NCBI GenBank assembly: GCA_036504235.1
Contig: DASXVN010000076.1
Location: 4,395 to 68,394 of the forward strand
Length of the DNA stretch: 64,000 bases
Direction of reading: 5' to 3'
From: Armatimonadota bacterium
Lineage (GTDB): Bacteria; Armatimonadota; Zipacnadia; Zipacnadales; Zipacnadaceae
The position numbers and the translations under genes were made by a program. Below are positions 48,139-58,019 of this stretch, piece by piece (positions within the stretch are counted from its first letter, which is position 1; each line of letters opens with the position of its first letter). The notes under the pieces are model-generated. The model did no database searches and was not told the origin of the DNA. It saw nothing but the letters and a program-made list of their open reading frames with translations.

Positions 48139-48678
48139 ATGTACAAACTAAGCCCCGCGCTCGTGCACGTCTATACCGGCTCCGGCAAGGGCAAAACCAG
48201 CGCCGCTCTGGGCGTGACCTGGCGCGCCCTAGGGGCCGGGCTGCGCGTATACTTCCTGCAGTTCCTCAAGGGCGGCACCCCGGCCGCCGAGGAGCTGCTG
48301 GCCGACTGCTTCCCCGGACACCTGACCTTCCACAACCTGAACCACCCCTGCACTCCGGACCTCTTCGCCGGCCGGCCCACTGCCCAAGACTGCCGACTGG
48401 CCCAGGAGGCCTGGACGGTAGCTCGCGGAGTGCTGGCGGACCCGCAGTACGATCTGGTCGTGCTGGACGAGATCAACAACACGTTGCACCTGGGGTTGGT
48501 GGAGTTGGCTGAGGTCCTCCAGGCCCTGCGCGAGCGCCCCCCGACGCAGGAGGTCATCTGTACGGGCCGCGGAGCGCCGGAGGGCTTGGTGGACTTCGCG
48601 GACTTGGTCACGGAGCTACGCGAGGTCAAGCACCCCTATCGCAACGGCGTCCCCGCCCGCCGCGGAGTGGATTTCTAG
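48139..48678 (+). CDS. cobO: Cob(I)yrinic acid a,c-diamide / corrinoid adenosyltransferase (CobA/CobO/BtuR type)
   Basis: P-loop VYTGSGKGKTSAALG; LQFLKGG; DLVVLDEIN; C-terminal KHPY...GVDF. Confidence 0.75.
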   Translation: MYKLSPALVHVYTGSGKGKTSAALGVTWRALGAGLRVYFLQFLKGGTPAAEELLADCFPGHLTFHNLNHPCTPDLFAGRPTAQDCRLAQEAWTVARGVLADPQYDLVVLDEINNTLHLGLVELAEVLQALRERPPTQEVICTGRGAPEGLVDFADLVTELREVKHPYRNGVPARRGVDF

Positions 48679-48689
48679 CCGCGCCAGTC

Positions 48690-49080
48690 GTCCCCCCCTC
48701 TTCCGGAGGGGCCGCACGAGCAAAGCGAGGCCGGCCCTGCCGTTGCCTTGGCCGTTCGTAGGGCGGGGATTACGCCTGCGAAGCTCGCTCCGCGAGCTTC
48801 CCGCCCTGAGCCTATCGAAGGGTCTCCCGCCGGCCGTTAGCCGTTGCCTTTGCCTTGCCGTCAGCCCCTCCCGCTCCGGGAGGGGTGCCCAAGGCGAAGC
48901 CGAGGGCGGGGTGGGCCACCCGTCAGCGAGCGGGCGCGTTGCTCGGCTCCGCTCCGCAGAACGCGCCCCTACGCAGAAACGGCCCGGCCGTTGCCCGTTT
49001 GCCGTAGCCGTCAAGCCCCTCCCTTTAGGGAGGGGTGCCCGGAGGGCGGGGTAGGGCCGTCTGCCGTTCCCCCTTCCGCC
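48690..49080. repeat. Mosaic GC-rich intergenic repeat cluster
   Basis: Carries the 42-nt box CCGGAGGGGCCGCACGAGC(AA/GC)AGCGAGGCCGGCCCTGCCGTT, GTAGGGCGGGG..., GCCGTT tracts, and two CCCTCCC-loop-GGGAGGGGTGCCC..GGGCGGGGT(A/G)GGGCC hairpins. Confidence 0.6.
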
Positions 49081-49085
49081 TCCCC

Positions 49086-49128
49086 CCAAAAAAAGAGGCC
49101 CCGACCGAAGTCGGGGCCTCTTTTGTGT
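49086..49128. terminator. Bidirectional rho-independent terminator
   Basis: AAAAAAAGAGGCCCCGACCGAAGTCGGGGCCTCTTTTGTGTT: 11-bp stem flanked by an A-run and a T-run, between convergent cobO and the SLH-porin gene. Confidence 0.65.
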
Positions 49129-49155
49129 TGCTTGGGTACTGCAGTCGGCTCTTGC

Positions 49156-50994
49156 TTAGAAGCCTACGGAGACGCCCATCATCACGAGCTGAGCATCCTC
49201 GAGTACGCTACCAGCAAGGTCCTTCGTGCGGTCCTCAACCAGCTGCTGGGCATAGGTGAAGTTAACATCTACGCCGTTGGCAACGGGCTTCTTCACGCGG
49301 ATGGCCCACAACTTGTCGAACGGAGCGCGAGTCTCGTTACCAGCGGCGAAGACCCGATCCCCTACGTTGTTGACGCCCCACATGGTGTTAGCCCAGTTGT
49401 CGCTCCGGCCATGCAACGAATAGTACATTGCATTCCAGTCGGCAGCGACGAACTTGAAGTTGAGCTGTCCGCCGATGACCTGCGTGTTCGGCATGACGAG
49501 CGGGTTGCGGAGCCAGCGCTCCCACGGAACCCACGTCGTGCCGTCTTCGTTCCCGTAGTTCTCGAAGTACGGGTTGACGGTGGAGTAGAAGGGGTTGTAC
49601 TCGGCGTCAGCCTGCGAGTAGTAACCCTTGAGGGCCCAAGCGCGGCCCTTCCAGATATCGACCGTGGCCATCAGGGCCTCCGGGTCGTTGTGGGTGACAT
49701 ACTTGTCGCCCGCGAGGTCGCGAAGCTGCTGAGCGTATTCTGCCTGCAGCTCGCGGCCGCCCCAGAAACGTACCCAACCGTCGGCGCTCCAGCCGCGCTC
49801 CCCGCCCACACCGTTGAGCAGGTAGTTGCCCGCGACAGCCCAGTTCGGCTGCTTGTAGGACAAGCGGGTGCTGGCATAGTAGTCGCCCATGGTCTTCCAC
49901 GGGGTGCTGAACGTGTAGTCGGCGCCGCCCACGAAGGCATCCAGGCCGATTCCGGTCGAGAACATGTTGTTCCAACCGAAGCGGATCCCCTGCTGCGACT
50001 GCCGGGCGTTGTTGACGAGCAGGCCCATGCCATAGGACTGGAACTGGCGGCCCAGCACCATGTGGGTGCGGGGGAAGACATGCCAGGTGAAGTCCAGGTT
50101 GGCCTCATCAAGCCACAGCTGCTCGGCCTGATGGGTGATGGAGCTGCTGGTGCCGAGGTCGGTGAAGCCGTCCAGGGCCACGATGTTGCGCCCGGCGAAG
50201 CTGCCGCGGCGGGTGAACGTCGAGACGAACGGGGCTTCGGTGTCGCGGACCTTGAGCACTACGCGACCGGTCAGGTCGTCAGTGATCTTGCCCTCGATGC
50301 CGAGCTTGGCGGTCATGTTGTCGAACTCGTTCTGCCCGACCTTGAAGCCCTTGGCCGAGCTGAGCAGGCTCTGCTGGCCGCCCACCAGGCGGCTCCCGGT
50401 GAACTGCTGGGCCAGGCCTACGCGATAGTCTACCCAACCGGTGACGCGGGGGCCCTGGCGGGCCTCGAGGGCGGCAACGCGGTCGGTGAGGCTATACACG
50501 TCGTCGGTCAGGTAGTCGAGGTTGTCCTTGACGTCCTTCAGCTCATTCTTGAACTCGTCGCAGAGCTTCTGGCAGACAGCCTTGACTTCGTCGGGATTGA
50601 CGACACCAGCCGGACCCTGCGGGCCAGTGGCGCCCGCGGGACCCTGCGCGCCAGCCGGGCCGGCGGCGCCGGCGGGACCAGCAGTACCAGTGACGCCAGC
50701 GGCGCCAGCGGGGCCCTGCGCGCCAGCGGGGCCGCGCATGTTCGGGTTCTTCTGCAGGGCGTCCAGCATGCGGCTAATGGCCATAGCGAACTCGTAGCGA
50801 GTCATGGCCCGGTTGCCACGGAACGTACCATCGGGGTACCCGATGATAATGCCCTGGTCGACGAGCTTCTGTACGGCATCATAGGCCCAGTGATCAAACG
50901 GCACAGTTTCGGCCGGATTGTACTGAGCCAGCGCGGGCAGGGCGATAGCGCCCAGCGCCACGATCAGGCATACGACTAGGAATTTCTTGCTCAT
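49156..50994 (-). CDS. Outer-membrane protein: SLH domain + collagen-like G-P-A repeats + coiled coil + C-terminal beta-barrel (porin-like)
   Basis: Signal peptide [23 protein letters not shown]; SLH motif ([38 protein letters not shown]); [43 protein letters not shown]; C-terminus ends in F. ATG at 50994 with AAGGAGGG RBS. Confidence 0.7.
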   Translation of the reverse strand: MSKKFLVVCLIVALGAIALPALAQYNPAETVPFDHWAYDAVQKLVDQGIIIGYPDGTFRGNRAMTRYEFAMAISRMLDALQKNPNMRGPAGAQGPAGAAGVTGTAGPAGAAGPAGAQGPAGATGPQGPAGVVNPDEVKAVCQKLCDEFKNELKDVKDNLDYLTDDVYSLTDRVAALEARQGPRVTGWVDYRVGLAQQFTGSRLVGGQQSLLSSAKGFKVGQNEFDNMTAKLGIEGKITDDLTGRVVLKVRDTEAPFVSTFTRRGSFAGRNIVALDGFTDLGTSSSITHQAEQLWLDEANLDFTWHVFPRTHMVLGRQFQSYGMGLLVNNARQSQQGIRFGWNNMFSTGIGLDAFVGGADYTFSTPWKTMGDYYASTRLSYKQPNWAVAGNYLLNGVGGERGWSADGWVRFWGGRELQAEYAQQLRDLAGDKYVTHNDPEALMATVDIWKGRAWALKGYYSQADAEYNPFYSTVNPYFENYGNEDGTTWVPWERWLRNPLVMPNTQVIGGQLNFKFVAADWNAMYYSLHGRSDNWANTMWGVNNVGDRVFAAGNETRAPFDKLWAIRVKKPVANGVDVNFTYAQQLVEDRTKDLAGSVLEDAQLVMMGVSVGF

Positions 50995-51448
50995 TTGGGT
51001 TATTAACCCTCCTTTTGGATGGTCGTCGAGGAGACGCGAGGTTGGCTCACAACTCGGCTTGCCCAAGCGTCCCTCCGGAGCGAACAGACCAGCATTGGAG
51101 GGCTCAAGAGTGTCCATGTTTCCTCTCATGCCCTGGCTGCGAACGGTCTGCGCTACTCCGCCCTCGTCCATTGACCTCTGATACCCTGGCCTGGAGGTCC
51201 CTCCCTTCTTGGGCCTGGTGTTTGGATATCAGCATGGACAAGCGCTCGACATACGGGGCATAAGCCCCGCTTACGGCGGGTTAACGATACTATTTTAGCC
51301 GCCGCAAGTCAAGGTAGTTCGACACCTGAGCTTCCGAAAGGTTCGCCTTCTCCAGCCTTTTCTCCGGGAATTTCCCCGGCCCCTTGAGGACCGTGCTTCC
51401 TCCCTAGCGACCCCCGCACTAGCAGCAGTTTCCAAACTGTCGCTGCTG

Positions 51449-51812
51449 TTTGTAGGGGTGGGCTTTGCGGTCCGCCGCCATGTCCACCCAGCGTTGCCTT
51501 CCTCTCCCTCTCCCAAAGTGGGAGAGGGGGCCGGGGGTGAGGAAGCGCCGTTGCCGTTGTAGGGGCGGCTTTTGCCCGTCTCGGGCAATTGCCGCCCGTT
51601 TGCTGACTGAAATCAAACCGGCGCGGAAGGATCTACCCCTGCCGAACGGGCGGCAATTCGGCGCTGACGCCGAAAAGCCGCCCCTACGGTGAAAGGGCCG
51701 TCGCCGTTCCCGGAGGGGCCGCACGAGCGCAGCGAGGCCGGCCCTGCCGTTAGCCGTTGCCCCTCCCGCTCCGGGAGGGGTGCCCGGAGGGCGGGGTGGG
51801 CCGCCGTAAGTT
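51449..51812. repeat. Mosaic repeat cluster including a REP inverted pair (BIME-like)
   Basis: GTAGGGGTGGGC...; CCTCTCCCTCTCCC-AAAGTG-GGAGAGGGGG + CCGGGGGTGAGG; REP GTAGGGGCGGCTTTTGCCCGTCTCGGGCAATTGCCGCCCG with inverted partner at 51646-51686; 42-nt box; CCCTCCCG-CTCC-GGGAGGG hairpin. Confidence 0.6.
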
Positions 51813-51902
51813 TATTCTCCTCACCACCGGAACCTTTCTTATCTACTATTGTTGGTAGTAGGCAGAGCACCGAACTTTCCCAGACTCCGCGAGGTGAGAA
51901 AG

Positions 51903-52478
51903 ATGAGAGCAACCCTTTATTCCTTACTAACCCTGTCCGTCCTGGCCACCGTACTGGCGGGCTGCGGCGGCTCCAGCAGCACCCCCGCCCTGCCTGCCGA
52001 ACCGGCCCGCAGCGCCCAGGTAATCACCAAGAGTCCGGGACTGGACAGTCTCGCCGCCGCCCTAACCGCGGCGGGCAAGCCCCTACCCGACTTCCTGCAG
52101 AGCGGCACGGTAACCACCGCCCCGCCTCCCGGCTCCGTGAGCACGCAGTCCTACATGACCGTGCTGACCCTCAACCGCTGGCTGTACAACCAGAGCGTGA
52201 CCCGCGGCCGCACCCAGTGGTATGAGGTCAGCCTGACCAGCCTCAACAACCTGACGGACGCCTACGCCCTGGTCCGCTCCGGCGACGCCGACCTCTACGT
52301 CTTCTCGCCGATCCGCCCCAACGACCCCAACAGCTCCCTGCAACTGGTCGGCTACAGCGTGGGCACGGGCAACGAGCAGGTCGGCTCCTGGGTAGCCTCC
52401 GCCTGGGGCGGCACCGGCCGCTACATCATCGGAGTCAACGGCTTCCAGGCCAGCACCTTCGACCTCAAAGTCTGGTAG
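51903..52478 (+). CDS. Lipoprotein with pre-peptidase C-terminal (PPC)-like domain
   Basis: Lipobox VLAGC after signal peptide; GAGGTG RBS. ...QWYEVSLTSLNNLTDAYALVRSGDADLYVF... matches the PPC pattern. Confidence 0.55.
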   Translation: MRATLYSLLTLSVLATVLAGCGGSSSTPALPAEPARSAQVITKSPGLDSLAAALTAAGKPLPDFLQSGTVTTAPPPGSVSTQSYMTVLTLNRWLYNQSVTRGRTQWYEVSLTSLNNLTDAYALVRSGDADLYVFSPIRPNDPNSSLQLVGYSVGTGNEQVGSWVASAWGGTGRYIIGVNGFQASTFDLKVW

Positions 52479-52504
52479 CCGCGTCGATATGCGCACAGAC
52501 AGCG

Positions 52505-52536
52505 AGAGAGCCGAGCTAGTTAGCTCGGCTCTCTTC
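52505..52536 (+). terminator. Perfect 14-bp palindrome AGAGAGCCGAGCTA-GT-TAGCTCGGCTCTCT downstream of the lipoprotein gene
   Basis: Begins 27 nt after the stop codon; weak T-rich tail. Confidence 0.4.
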
Positions 52537-52559
52537 GTGTCAGCCGGTTTGCGGGTGAG

Positions 52560-53012
52560 CCGGCCGTCTCCCGTAGGGGCGCGTTTTGGCCCGTCCGCGG
52601 GACAACACACGCCCCTACGCGGAAGAGTCCCCGCCGTTGTCTTTGCCGTTCCCCCCTCTCCCCAGTCTGCGCGGGGAGAGGGGCCGGGGGTGAGGCCAGG
52701 CTGCCGCTGGGCGTGTCTCTTCGCCGTTCGTCATTGCCGTTCCCCCCCTCTCCCAAGCCGCAGGCGCGGGAGAGTGGGCCGGGGGCCTGTCCGCCGTAGC
52801 TTCAGCGAAGGCGGATGAGGTAAGACTGGCGTCCGGCCTCCCCCTTCCGCCCCTACGCGGAGACCTCCCCGCCGTTCGCCTCTGCCGTTACTCCCCTCTC
52901 CTGCCAGGAGAGGGGCCGGGGGTGAGGCCGGGCTACCGCTGGGCCCGTCTTCCCCAGGTCCCGCGCGGGGAGAGGGGGCCGGGGGCCTGTCCGCCGTAGC
53001 TTCAGCGAAGGC
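52560..53012. repeat. Mosaic repeat cluster (REP + four CCCCTCTCC/GGAGAGGGG hairpin copies, two carrying a nested insertion)
   Basis: REP GTAGGGGCGCGTTTTGGCCCGTCCGCGGGACAACACACGCCCCTAC; hairpin copies at ~52656, 52745, 52896, 52965. Copies 2 and 4 have CCTGTCCGCCGTAGCTTCAGCGAAGGCGGA inserted between GCCGGGGG and TGAGG. Confidence 0.6.
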
Positions 53013-53020
53013 GGATGAGG

Positions 53021-53596
53021 CTAGTACGCCTCGCAATACGGCTCGTAGTACGCCTGCGCATGCTGACACGCCGGACACACCTTGGGCGGCGTGGCGCCCT
53101 CCATCACCATGCCGCAGTTGCGGCAGTGCCACTTGATCGGCGCGGGGCGCGAGAAGACCTCGCCCGCCGCCACGCGACCGGCCAGTACGTTATAGCGATG
53201 CTCGTGGAAGGCCTCTACCTTAGCGATCTGGTCGAAGGACACGAACACCGCGCCGAAGCCCTCCTCCTTGGCGGTCGCGGCGAAGCCGGGATACAGCGTG
53301 CCCCACTCCAGCAGCTCGCCCGCGGCCGCGGCCTGCAGGTTCTCCAGAGTCCCGGCGATCACGCCGCCCGGGTAGGTAGCGGTGATCTCCACGTCGCCGC
53401 CCTCGAGGTGCTTGAAGAAGACCTGCGCGTGCTCCTTCTCATTGTCCGCGGTCTCGGCAAAGATCGCGGAGATCTGCTCATACCCCTCCTTCCGCGCCAC
53501 GCTGGAGAAGTAGGTGTAGCGGTTGCGGGCCTGCGACTCGCCGGCAAAGGCGGCCAGCAGGTTCTTCTCGGTCTGTGAGCCTTTCAGACTGGACAT
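53021..53596 (-). CDS. rbr: Rubrerythrin
   Basis: Ferritin-like diiron motifs (E..H pairs) plus a C-terminal rubredoxin-like CxxC...CxxC (CRNCG...CPAC). Confidence 0.85.
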   Translation of the reverse strand: MSSLKGSQTEKNLLAAFAGESQARNRYTYFSSVARKEGYEQISAIFAETADNEKEHAQVFFKHLEGGDVEITATYPGGVIAGTLENLQAAAAGELLEWGTLYPGFAATAKEEGFGAVFVSFDQIAKVEAFHEHRYNVLAGRVAAGEVFSRPAPIKWHCRNCGMVMEGATPPKVCPACQHAQAYYEPYCEAY

Positions 53597-53632
53597 GGAT
53601 GACTTCCTCCCTAGGATGTTCCGTTGTTTCCC

Positions 53633-53676
53633 GTAGGGGCGGCTTTCGCAGCTTCCGAGCTGCGCTTGCCGCCCGC
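53633..53676. repeat. Single REP palindrome (GTAGGGGCGGCTTTCGCAGCTTCCGAGCTGCGCTTGCCGCCCGC)
   Basis: Begins with GTAGGGGCGG and is internally palindromic; lies between rubrerythrin and the zinc-ribbon gene. Confidence 0.5.
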
Positions 53677-53691
53677 TGGCTAAACGCGCCT

Positions 53692-53949
53692 CTACTCGGC
53701 CGGCTCGGCGGGCGGTTCAGCTTCCGGCGCGGCGGCCGCGGCCTCGGCTTCGGCCTGCATCTCCGCGAGCTTGGCCTCGTCCACCCAGATGCGGCCGTGG
53801 CCACTGCAGAACGAGCAGCGCGCCGCGGACGGCTGGCCCTTGCGCCCCTGACCGGCGGCCATCTTGCAGACCTCACAACTCCGACCGTGGTCCACCTTAC
53901 AGATCTTGGCTCCGTGGCAGTGCATGCATTCGACTAGCTTATCGGCCAT
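53692..53949 (-). CDS. Small zinc-ribbon / DnaJ-CR-like Cys-rich protein
   Basis: 85 aa with CMHCHG...C..C and CSFCSGHG (CxxCxGxG) motifs. AAAGGAG RBS at canonical spacing. Acidic Ala/Glu/Pro C-terminal tail. Confidence 0.5.
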   Translation of the reverse strand: MADKLVECMHCHGAKICKVDHGRSCEVCKMAAGQGRKGQPSAARCSFCSGHGRIWVDEAKLAEMQAEAEAAAAAPEAEPPAEPAE

Positions 53950-54048
53950 GATGCTTGGCTCCTTTCAGAAGACGGAGGCCGCTGGACGCCGAGGCGCGCC
54001 GCTCCCGTCTGGGCTGCGATTATCCCCCTCGCGGGGGCCTTCTCCCGT

Positions 54049-54846
54049 CTACGGCTTGGCGAACACTTCCGCCAGAAAGTCCCGCATCGCCTGCCCGGAG
54101 CGCCGGGCGGCGATCTCGTTATAGGCGACCGGCGAGCCGGCGGCCGGCACGTTGGCGGGGTTGGTGAAGCCGTGTACCGCCCCGCCGTAGTAGATCATTT
54201 CCCAGTCCACCTTGCCCTGCCGCAAGGCCTCCTGCAGCGCGGTAATCGTCTCCGGCTTGATCGTCGGATCATCCGCCCCGTGCAGAATCAGCAGGTGCGC
54301 CTTGATTCGCGCCAGGTCCGCCGCCTCCGGCACGGTCAGCCCCCCGTGGAAGGTCACCACGCCCCCCAGCACCGCCCCGCTGTAAGCCAACTCCAGCGCG
54401 CAGGTGCCGCCGAAACAGAAGCCGATCGCCGCAACGCGCTGCCGGTCCACCCGCGGGTTCTTCACCAGTTCAGCCAGCGCCGCCGCCGCCCGCTCCCGCA
54501 TCAACTGGCGCCCGCCGGTGTCCCAGGCGCCCCGGAACTGCCCGGCCAGCTTCCCGGCCTCAGCGGGATCAGTGGCCACCAGACCGTCGCCATACATGTC
54601 CGCTACCAGGGCTACATAGCCCAGTTCCGCGAGCTGTCGCGCCCGCTCGCGCGGGAAGTCGTTGACCCCCCACCACTCCGGGAAGACCAGTACTCCCGGC
54701 CGGGGTCCGGCCCCCGCGTCGTCATCGGCGAGGTAGCCCTGGCACACCGTGTCGCCCGCCTGATAGGTCACCGTCTCCGTCTTGATCGCCGCCTGGGTCG
54801 CCATGCTTAGCCCCAGCAGCAACAGCACCACGACTGCCGTTTGCAT
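54049..54846 (-). CDS. Secreted dienelactone hydrolase family protein
   Basis: Signal peptide; GFCFGG nucleophile motif; HGADD; C-terminal H in VHGF. ATG at 54846 with AAGGAGG RBS. Confidence 0.75.
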   Translation of the reverse strand: MQTAVVVLLLLGLSMATQAAIKTETVTYQAGDTVCQGYLADDDAGAGPRPGVLVFPEWWGVNDFPRERARQLAELGYVALVADMYGDGLVATDPAEAGKLAGQFRGAWDTGGRQLMRERAAAALAELVKNPRVDRQRVAAIGFCFGGTCALELAYSGAVLGGVVTFHGGLTVPEAADLARIKAHLLILHGADDPTIKPETITALQEALRQGKVDWEMIYYGGAVHGFTNPANVPAAGSPVAYNEIAARRSGQAMRDFLAEVFAKP

Positions 54847-54884
54847 CCGGGCTCGCCTCCTTATATATAGGAGGGACCCCTCGG

Positions 54885-56780
54885 CTAGGGCTGCCGCCAC
54901 CAGGCCTCGGCCAACTCCGGCGCCGCCGCCTGGCTGTCGCCCAGCGTCGGCCAGGCGCGCAACCCGGGGGTCACCCTCCAGCGCGCCCCCTCGAGCGCGG
55001 TCGGCGAGAAGTCAGCGCCGGCCAGGGGCGTCACTGGCTCTGACGTTCCCCGCAGCCCTCCTAGTTCGACGCTCACGCCCTTGAGGCCCGCCAGCAGTTG
55101 CGCCAGCGCCCGGCCCGCGTCGCTAGCGGGGCGCTCCCCCTGGAAGCTGTCCAGGCAGGCGCGCAGCGTCCGCACCGCCGGCGCGGCCTGCCCCGGCGCG
55201 TACTCAATCCGGCCTACGACCGCCTGCCAGCGGAAGGCCCCCGCGCTCAGCGGCAGCGACCCGGTGGCGCAGAGGTACAGCCGCTCCCGCGCCTTGCCCT
55301 CCCGGACTCCGCTCACCCAGACCAGCGCCCCCTCGGCCTGCGTGTCCCCCTCCGGCAGCAGCTTGGCCACCGCGGCGCTGGGCTGCACGCTGACCACCTT
55401 GGCCTCGTGCAGCGTCTCGTCCGGCTGGGCCAGCAGGTACTCCACGTACTTCTCCGGGGTCCGCCGCTTGAGCACGGTCAGGTACGGCTCGCTGGAATCC
55501 TCCCGGTACGGAGTCCCCTCCGCCTGCCCCAGAGACACCAGTATCGGCGACAAATCTCGGAAAAACGGCGTGCTCGGCTGCTGCCAGGAGACCTCATAGT
55601 CCGCCGAGCGCAGCCGCAGGGCGATAGTCGGCTGGCCCGCAAAAGTAGTGACCGCCCCCCCGGCCTCCCAGCCCGCGGGCAGGCCCAGGGAAAGCTGCTT
55701 GTTGTTGTCCGTCCAGCGGGGCGCCTCCTCGGGGGCCACCGTCGCCGGCTCCCAACCAGGCGCCGCGGCCCGGCTGAGCTGCCCCGCCAGGCGCGGCGCC
55801 TGCTCTGCCCACTGCGCCGCCGGGGCGTAAAGGCCGGTCACCAGCGCCGTATCGCCCTGCCGCCAGACATACAGTACCGCCCGCACCGGCGCGGTCGCGC
55901 TCCCGGGCGTCGTCCGCCGGAAGATCGGCCCCGACACCCGCGCCGCCAGCACCTCTCCGGCCCCCAGGGGCCGAGTCGCCAGTATCTCCAGCGTCGTCCC
56001 CGTCGCGGCGGACCACAACGCCGGCAGCTTGGCCAGATCCACCTCGCCCGTCACCCGCACCGGCCACAGGAAGTACCCGCTCGGCTGCTGCGGGTCCCGC
56101 GCCTCCACCAGACCATCCTGGTTGCGGACCTCCCAGCCCGGCAGGGTCCGCAGCGTGAAGCCGTCCACCAGCGAGAGCCCCTCGGCGGTCGACGCGGGGA
56201 CAGTCGCCGGCGGGAGGGCCACCGGCGGTGTCACCGCGAAGCTCTCGGCCCCGGTAGGCGTGGGCGTCAGAGACAGACTGGTGCAGATCGCTTCCAGCCG
56301 TTGCCGCGCCGCCGCCTCAAAACCGGGCAGCCCCCGCACCGCCACGGCCACCCGCGTCTTCTCGTGAGTATAGGTAACAAAAGCCAGCAGCGGCTTAGCC
56401 TGGGTAGACACGTCCACATGCATCCAGCAGCCGGGCTGCCCGTCCGCGTCGCTGGCGGTCAGGTCGGCCAAGCGCACCGCCGCCTCGCTTAAGCCCAGGC
56501 TGTCGCGATACTCGACCGCCGCTTCCTCCGGGGTGGCCGCCGTCTCGCCCGACCAGACCTTGACCGTGACCTCGGTCCCCTGCGGCGAGAAGAGCCGCGC
56601 CTGATCGGAATGCCGCGGCGCGTCCAGCAGCCACCCCCCGGGAATCCGCAAACTAACGCCCCCCGCCGGCAGCCACACCGATTGCCAATCCGCCCCCGGC
56701 ACCGCCCCGGTAAGCTGGGCGGAGACCGGTCCCGCCGCCAGAAGCACACTGACCGCTAGCGCTGCGGCTATCCTCTTCAT
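54885..56780 (-). CDS. Secreted hypothetical protein (631 aa)
   Basis: Signal peptide MKRIAAALAVSVLLAAGPVSA; no recognisable catalytic motif; coherent long ORF with no competing frame. Confidence 0.5.
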   Translation of the reverse strand: MKRIAAALAVSVLLAAGPVSAQLTGAVPGADWQSVWLPAGGVSLRIPGGWLLDAPRHSDQARLFSPQGTEVTVKVWSGETAATPEEAAVEYRDSLGLSEAAVRLADLTASDADGQPGCWMHVDVSTQAKPLLAFVTYTHEKTRVAVAVRGLPGFEAAARQRLEAICTSLSLTPTPTGAESFAVTPPVALPPATVPASTAEGLSLVDGFTLRTLPGWEVRNQDGLVEARDPQQPSGYFLWPVRVTGEVDLAKLPALWSAATGTTLEILATRPLGAGEVLAARVSGPIFRRTTPGSATAPVRAVLYVWRQGDTALVTGLYAPAAQWAEQAPRLAGQLSRAAAPGWEPATVAPEEAPRWTDNNKQLSLGLPAGWEAGGAVTTFAGQPTIALRLRSADYEVSWQQPSTPFFRDLSPILVSLGQAEGTPYREDSSEPYLTVLKRRTPEKYVEYLLAQPDETLHEAKVVSVQPSAAVAKLLPEGDTQAEGALVWVSGVREGKARERLYLCATGSLPLSAGAFRWQAVVGRIEYAPGQAAPAVRTLRACLDSFQGERPASDAGRALAQLLAGLKGVSVELGGLRGTSEPVTPLAGADFSPTALEGARWRVTPGLRAWPTLGDSQAAAPELAEAWWRQP

Positions 56781-56923
56781 AGTGTCTACCTAATTCCCGT
56801 TTCCCCGCGGAACTCCTGCCCCAGCGGGTCCCCCGCCGGGAGGATTGCCGCCTCCCCAGGGCGAACCAGTTCCCAATCGTGGTCGTTTCCGGCCGCACCG
56901 CCACTATCTGAGGAGGAATCCCT

Positions 56924-57919
56924 ATGTCCTTTGACGTCGTAACCTTCGGCGAAGCCATGGTCCGCCTGACTCCGCCGCTTTTCCAGCGTATCGAGCAGGC
57001 CAGCGAGCTGTGGATGCACGTCGGCGGCGGCGAGTTCAACGTCGCCATCGGCGCTTCCCGCCTGGGCCTGACCTCGGCCTGGGTCTCCGCCCTGCCCGTC
57101 AACCCCCTGGGCCGTCTGGTCCGCAACAAGGCCCGCGAGCACGGGGTCAACACCGATTACGTCGCCTGGCACGAGAAGGAGCGCTGCGGCCTGTACTTCC
57201 TGGAGATGGGCACCGCCCCGCGCCCCAACGCCGTCCTCTACGACCGCGCCAACGCGGCGGTCTCCAACCTCCAGCCCGGCGAGCTAGACTGGGACGGCGT
57301 CTTCGCGGGCGCGAAGGCCTTCCACGTCTCCGGCATCACCCCCGCCCTCTCGGCAAGCTGCTGCGAGGTCACCATGGAGGCTCTGCAGAAGGCCAAGCAG
57401 CACGGACTGTTCGTGTCCTACGACCTCAACTACCGCAAGAACCTCTGGTCCACCGCCGAGGCCGCCGCCGCCCAGGAGCCGATGATGGACTACGTGGACC
57501 TGCTGATCACCACCGAGGACGACGCGAACGAGGTCTTCGGCCACCAGGGCGCCCCGGCCTCGGTCTGCCGGGAACTCAAGGAGCGCTTCGGCTTCACCGC
57601 CGCGGCCATGACCCTGCGCCGCATCGACACCGTCCTGCGCCACGGCTGGACCTCGATTATCTACGCCGACAAGCTCTATGAGGACGTCACCTACGAGCTA
57701 GAGAACGTGGACCGCGTAGGCGGCGGCGACAGCTTCTCGGCCGGCTGCCTCTACGGCTGGCTGACCACGCAAGACTGGCAGCAAGCAGTAGCCTGGGGCG
57801 ACGCCTTCAGCGCCCTCAAGCACACCAACCTGGGCGACGTAAACTTCGCCACCCGCGAAGAAACCGAGCGTCTCATGAAGTCCTACGGCGACAAGCTCCG
57901 CTTCAAGATTCAGAGGTAG
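56924..57919 (+). CDS. PfkB-family carbohydrate kinase (KdgK-like)
   Basis: N-terminal GG motif region (HVGGGEFNVAIG) and C-terminal DRVGGGDSFSAGCLYG anion-hole/ATP motif. Confidence 0.8.
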   Translation: MSFDVVTFGEAMVRLTPPLFQRIEQASELWMHVGGGEFNVAIGASRLGLTSAWVSALPVNPLGRLVRNKAREHGVNTDYVAWHEKERCGLYFLEMGTAPRPNAVLYDRANAAVSNLQPGELDWDGVFAGAKAFHVSGITPALSASCCEVTMEALQKAKQHGLFVSYDLNYRKNLWSTAEAAAAQEPMMDYVDLLITTEDDANEVFGHQGAPASVCRELKERFGFTAAAMTLRRIDTVLRHGWTSIIYADKLYEDVTYELENVDRVGGGDSFSAGCLYGWLTTQDWQQAVAWGDAFSALKHTNLGDVNFATREETERLMKSYGDKLRFKIQR

Positions 57920-57939
57920 ATAGACGCGGCCGTTTCCGC

Positions 57940-57986
57940 GTAGGGGCGGAAGTTGCCCGGTCCGCCGGGCAATCTCCGCCCGCGCC
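57940..57986. repeat. REP palindrome immediately upstream of the RAYT gene
   Basis: GTAGGGGCGGAAGTTGCCCGG-TCC-GCCGGGCAATCTCCGCCCGCG. Confidence 0.6.
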
Positions 57987-58019
57987 CGCCACTAACACTC
58001 TCTTCTTCACAACCTTGAC

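Noticed and set aside
48844-50979. 711-aa plus-strand ORF spanning the repeat cluster and antisense to the SLH-porin gene
   Set aside because: Begins in repeat DNA, runs antisense through a CDS that has a signal peptide, SLH and collagen-like repeats; no domains of its own.
55098-56492. 464-aa plus-strand ORF opposite the secreted 631-aa protein
   Set aside because: Arg/Gly/Pro low-complexity translation; the minus-strand ORF has a signal peptide and coherent composition.
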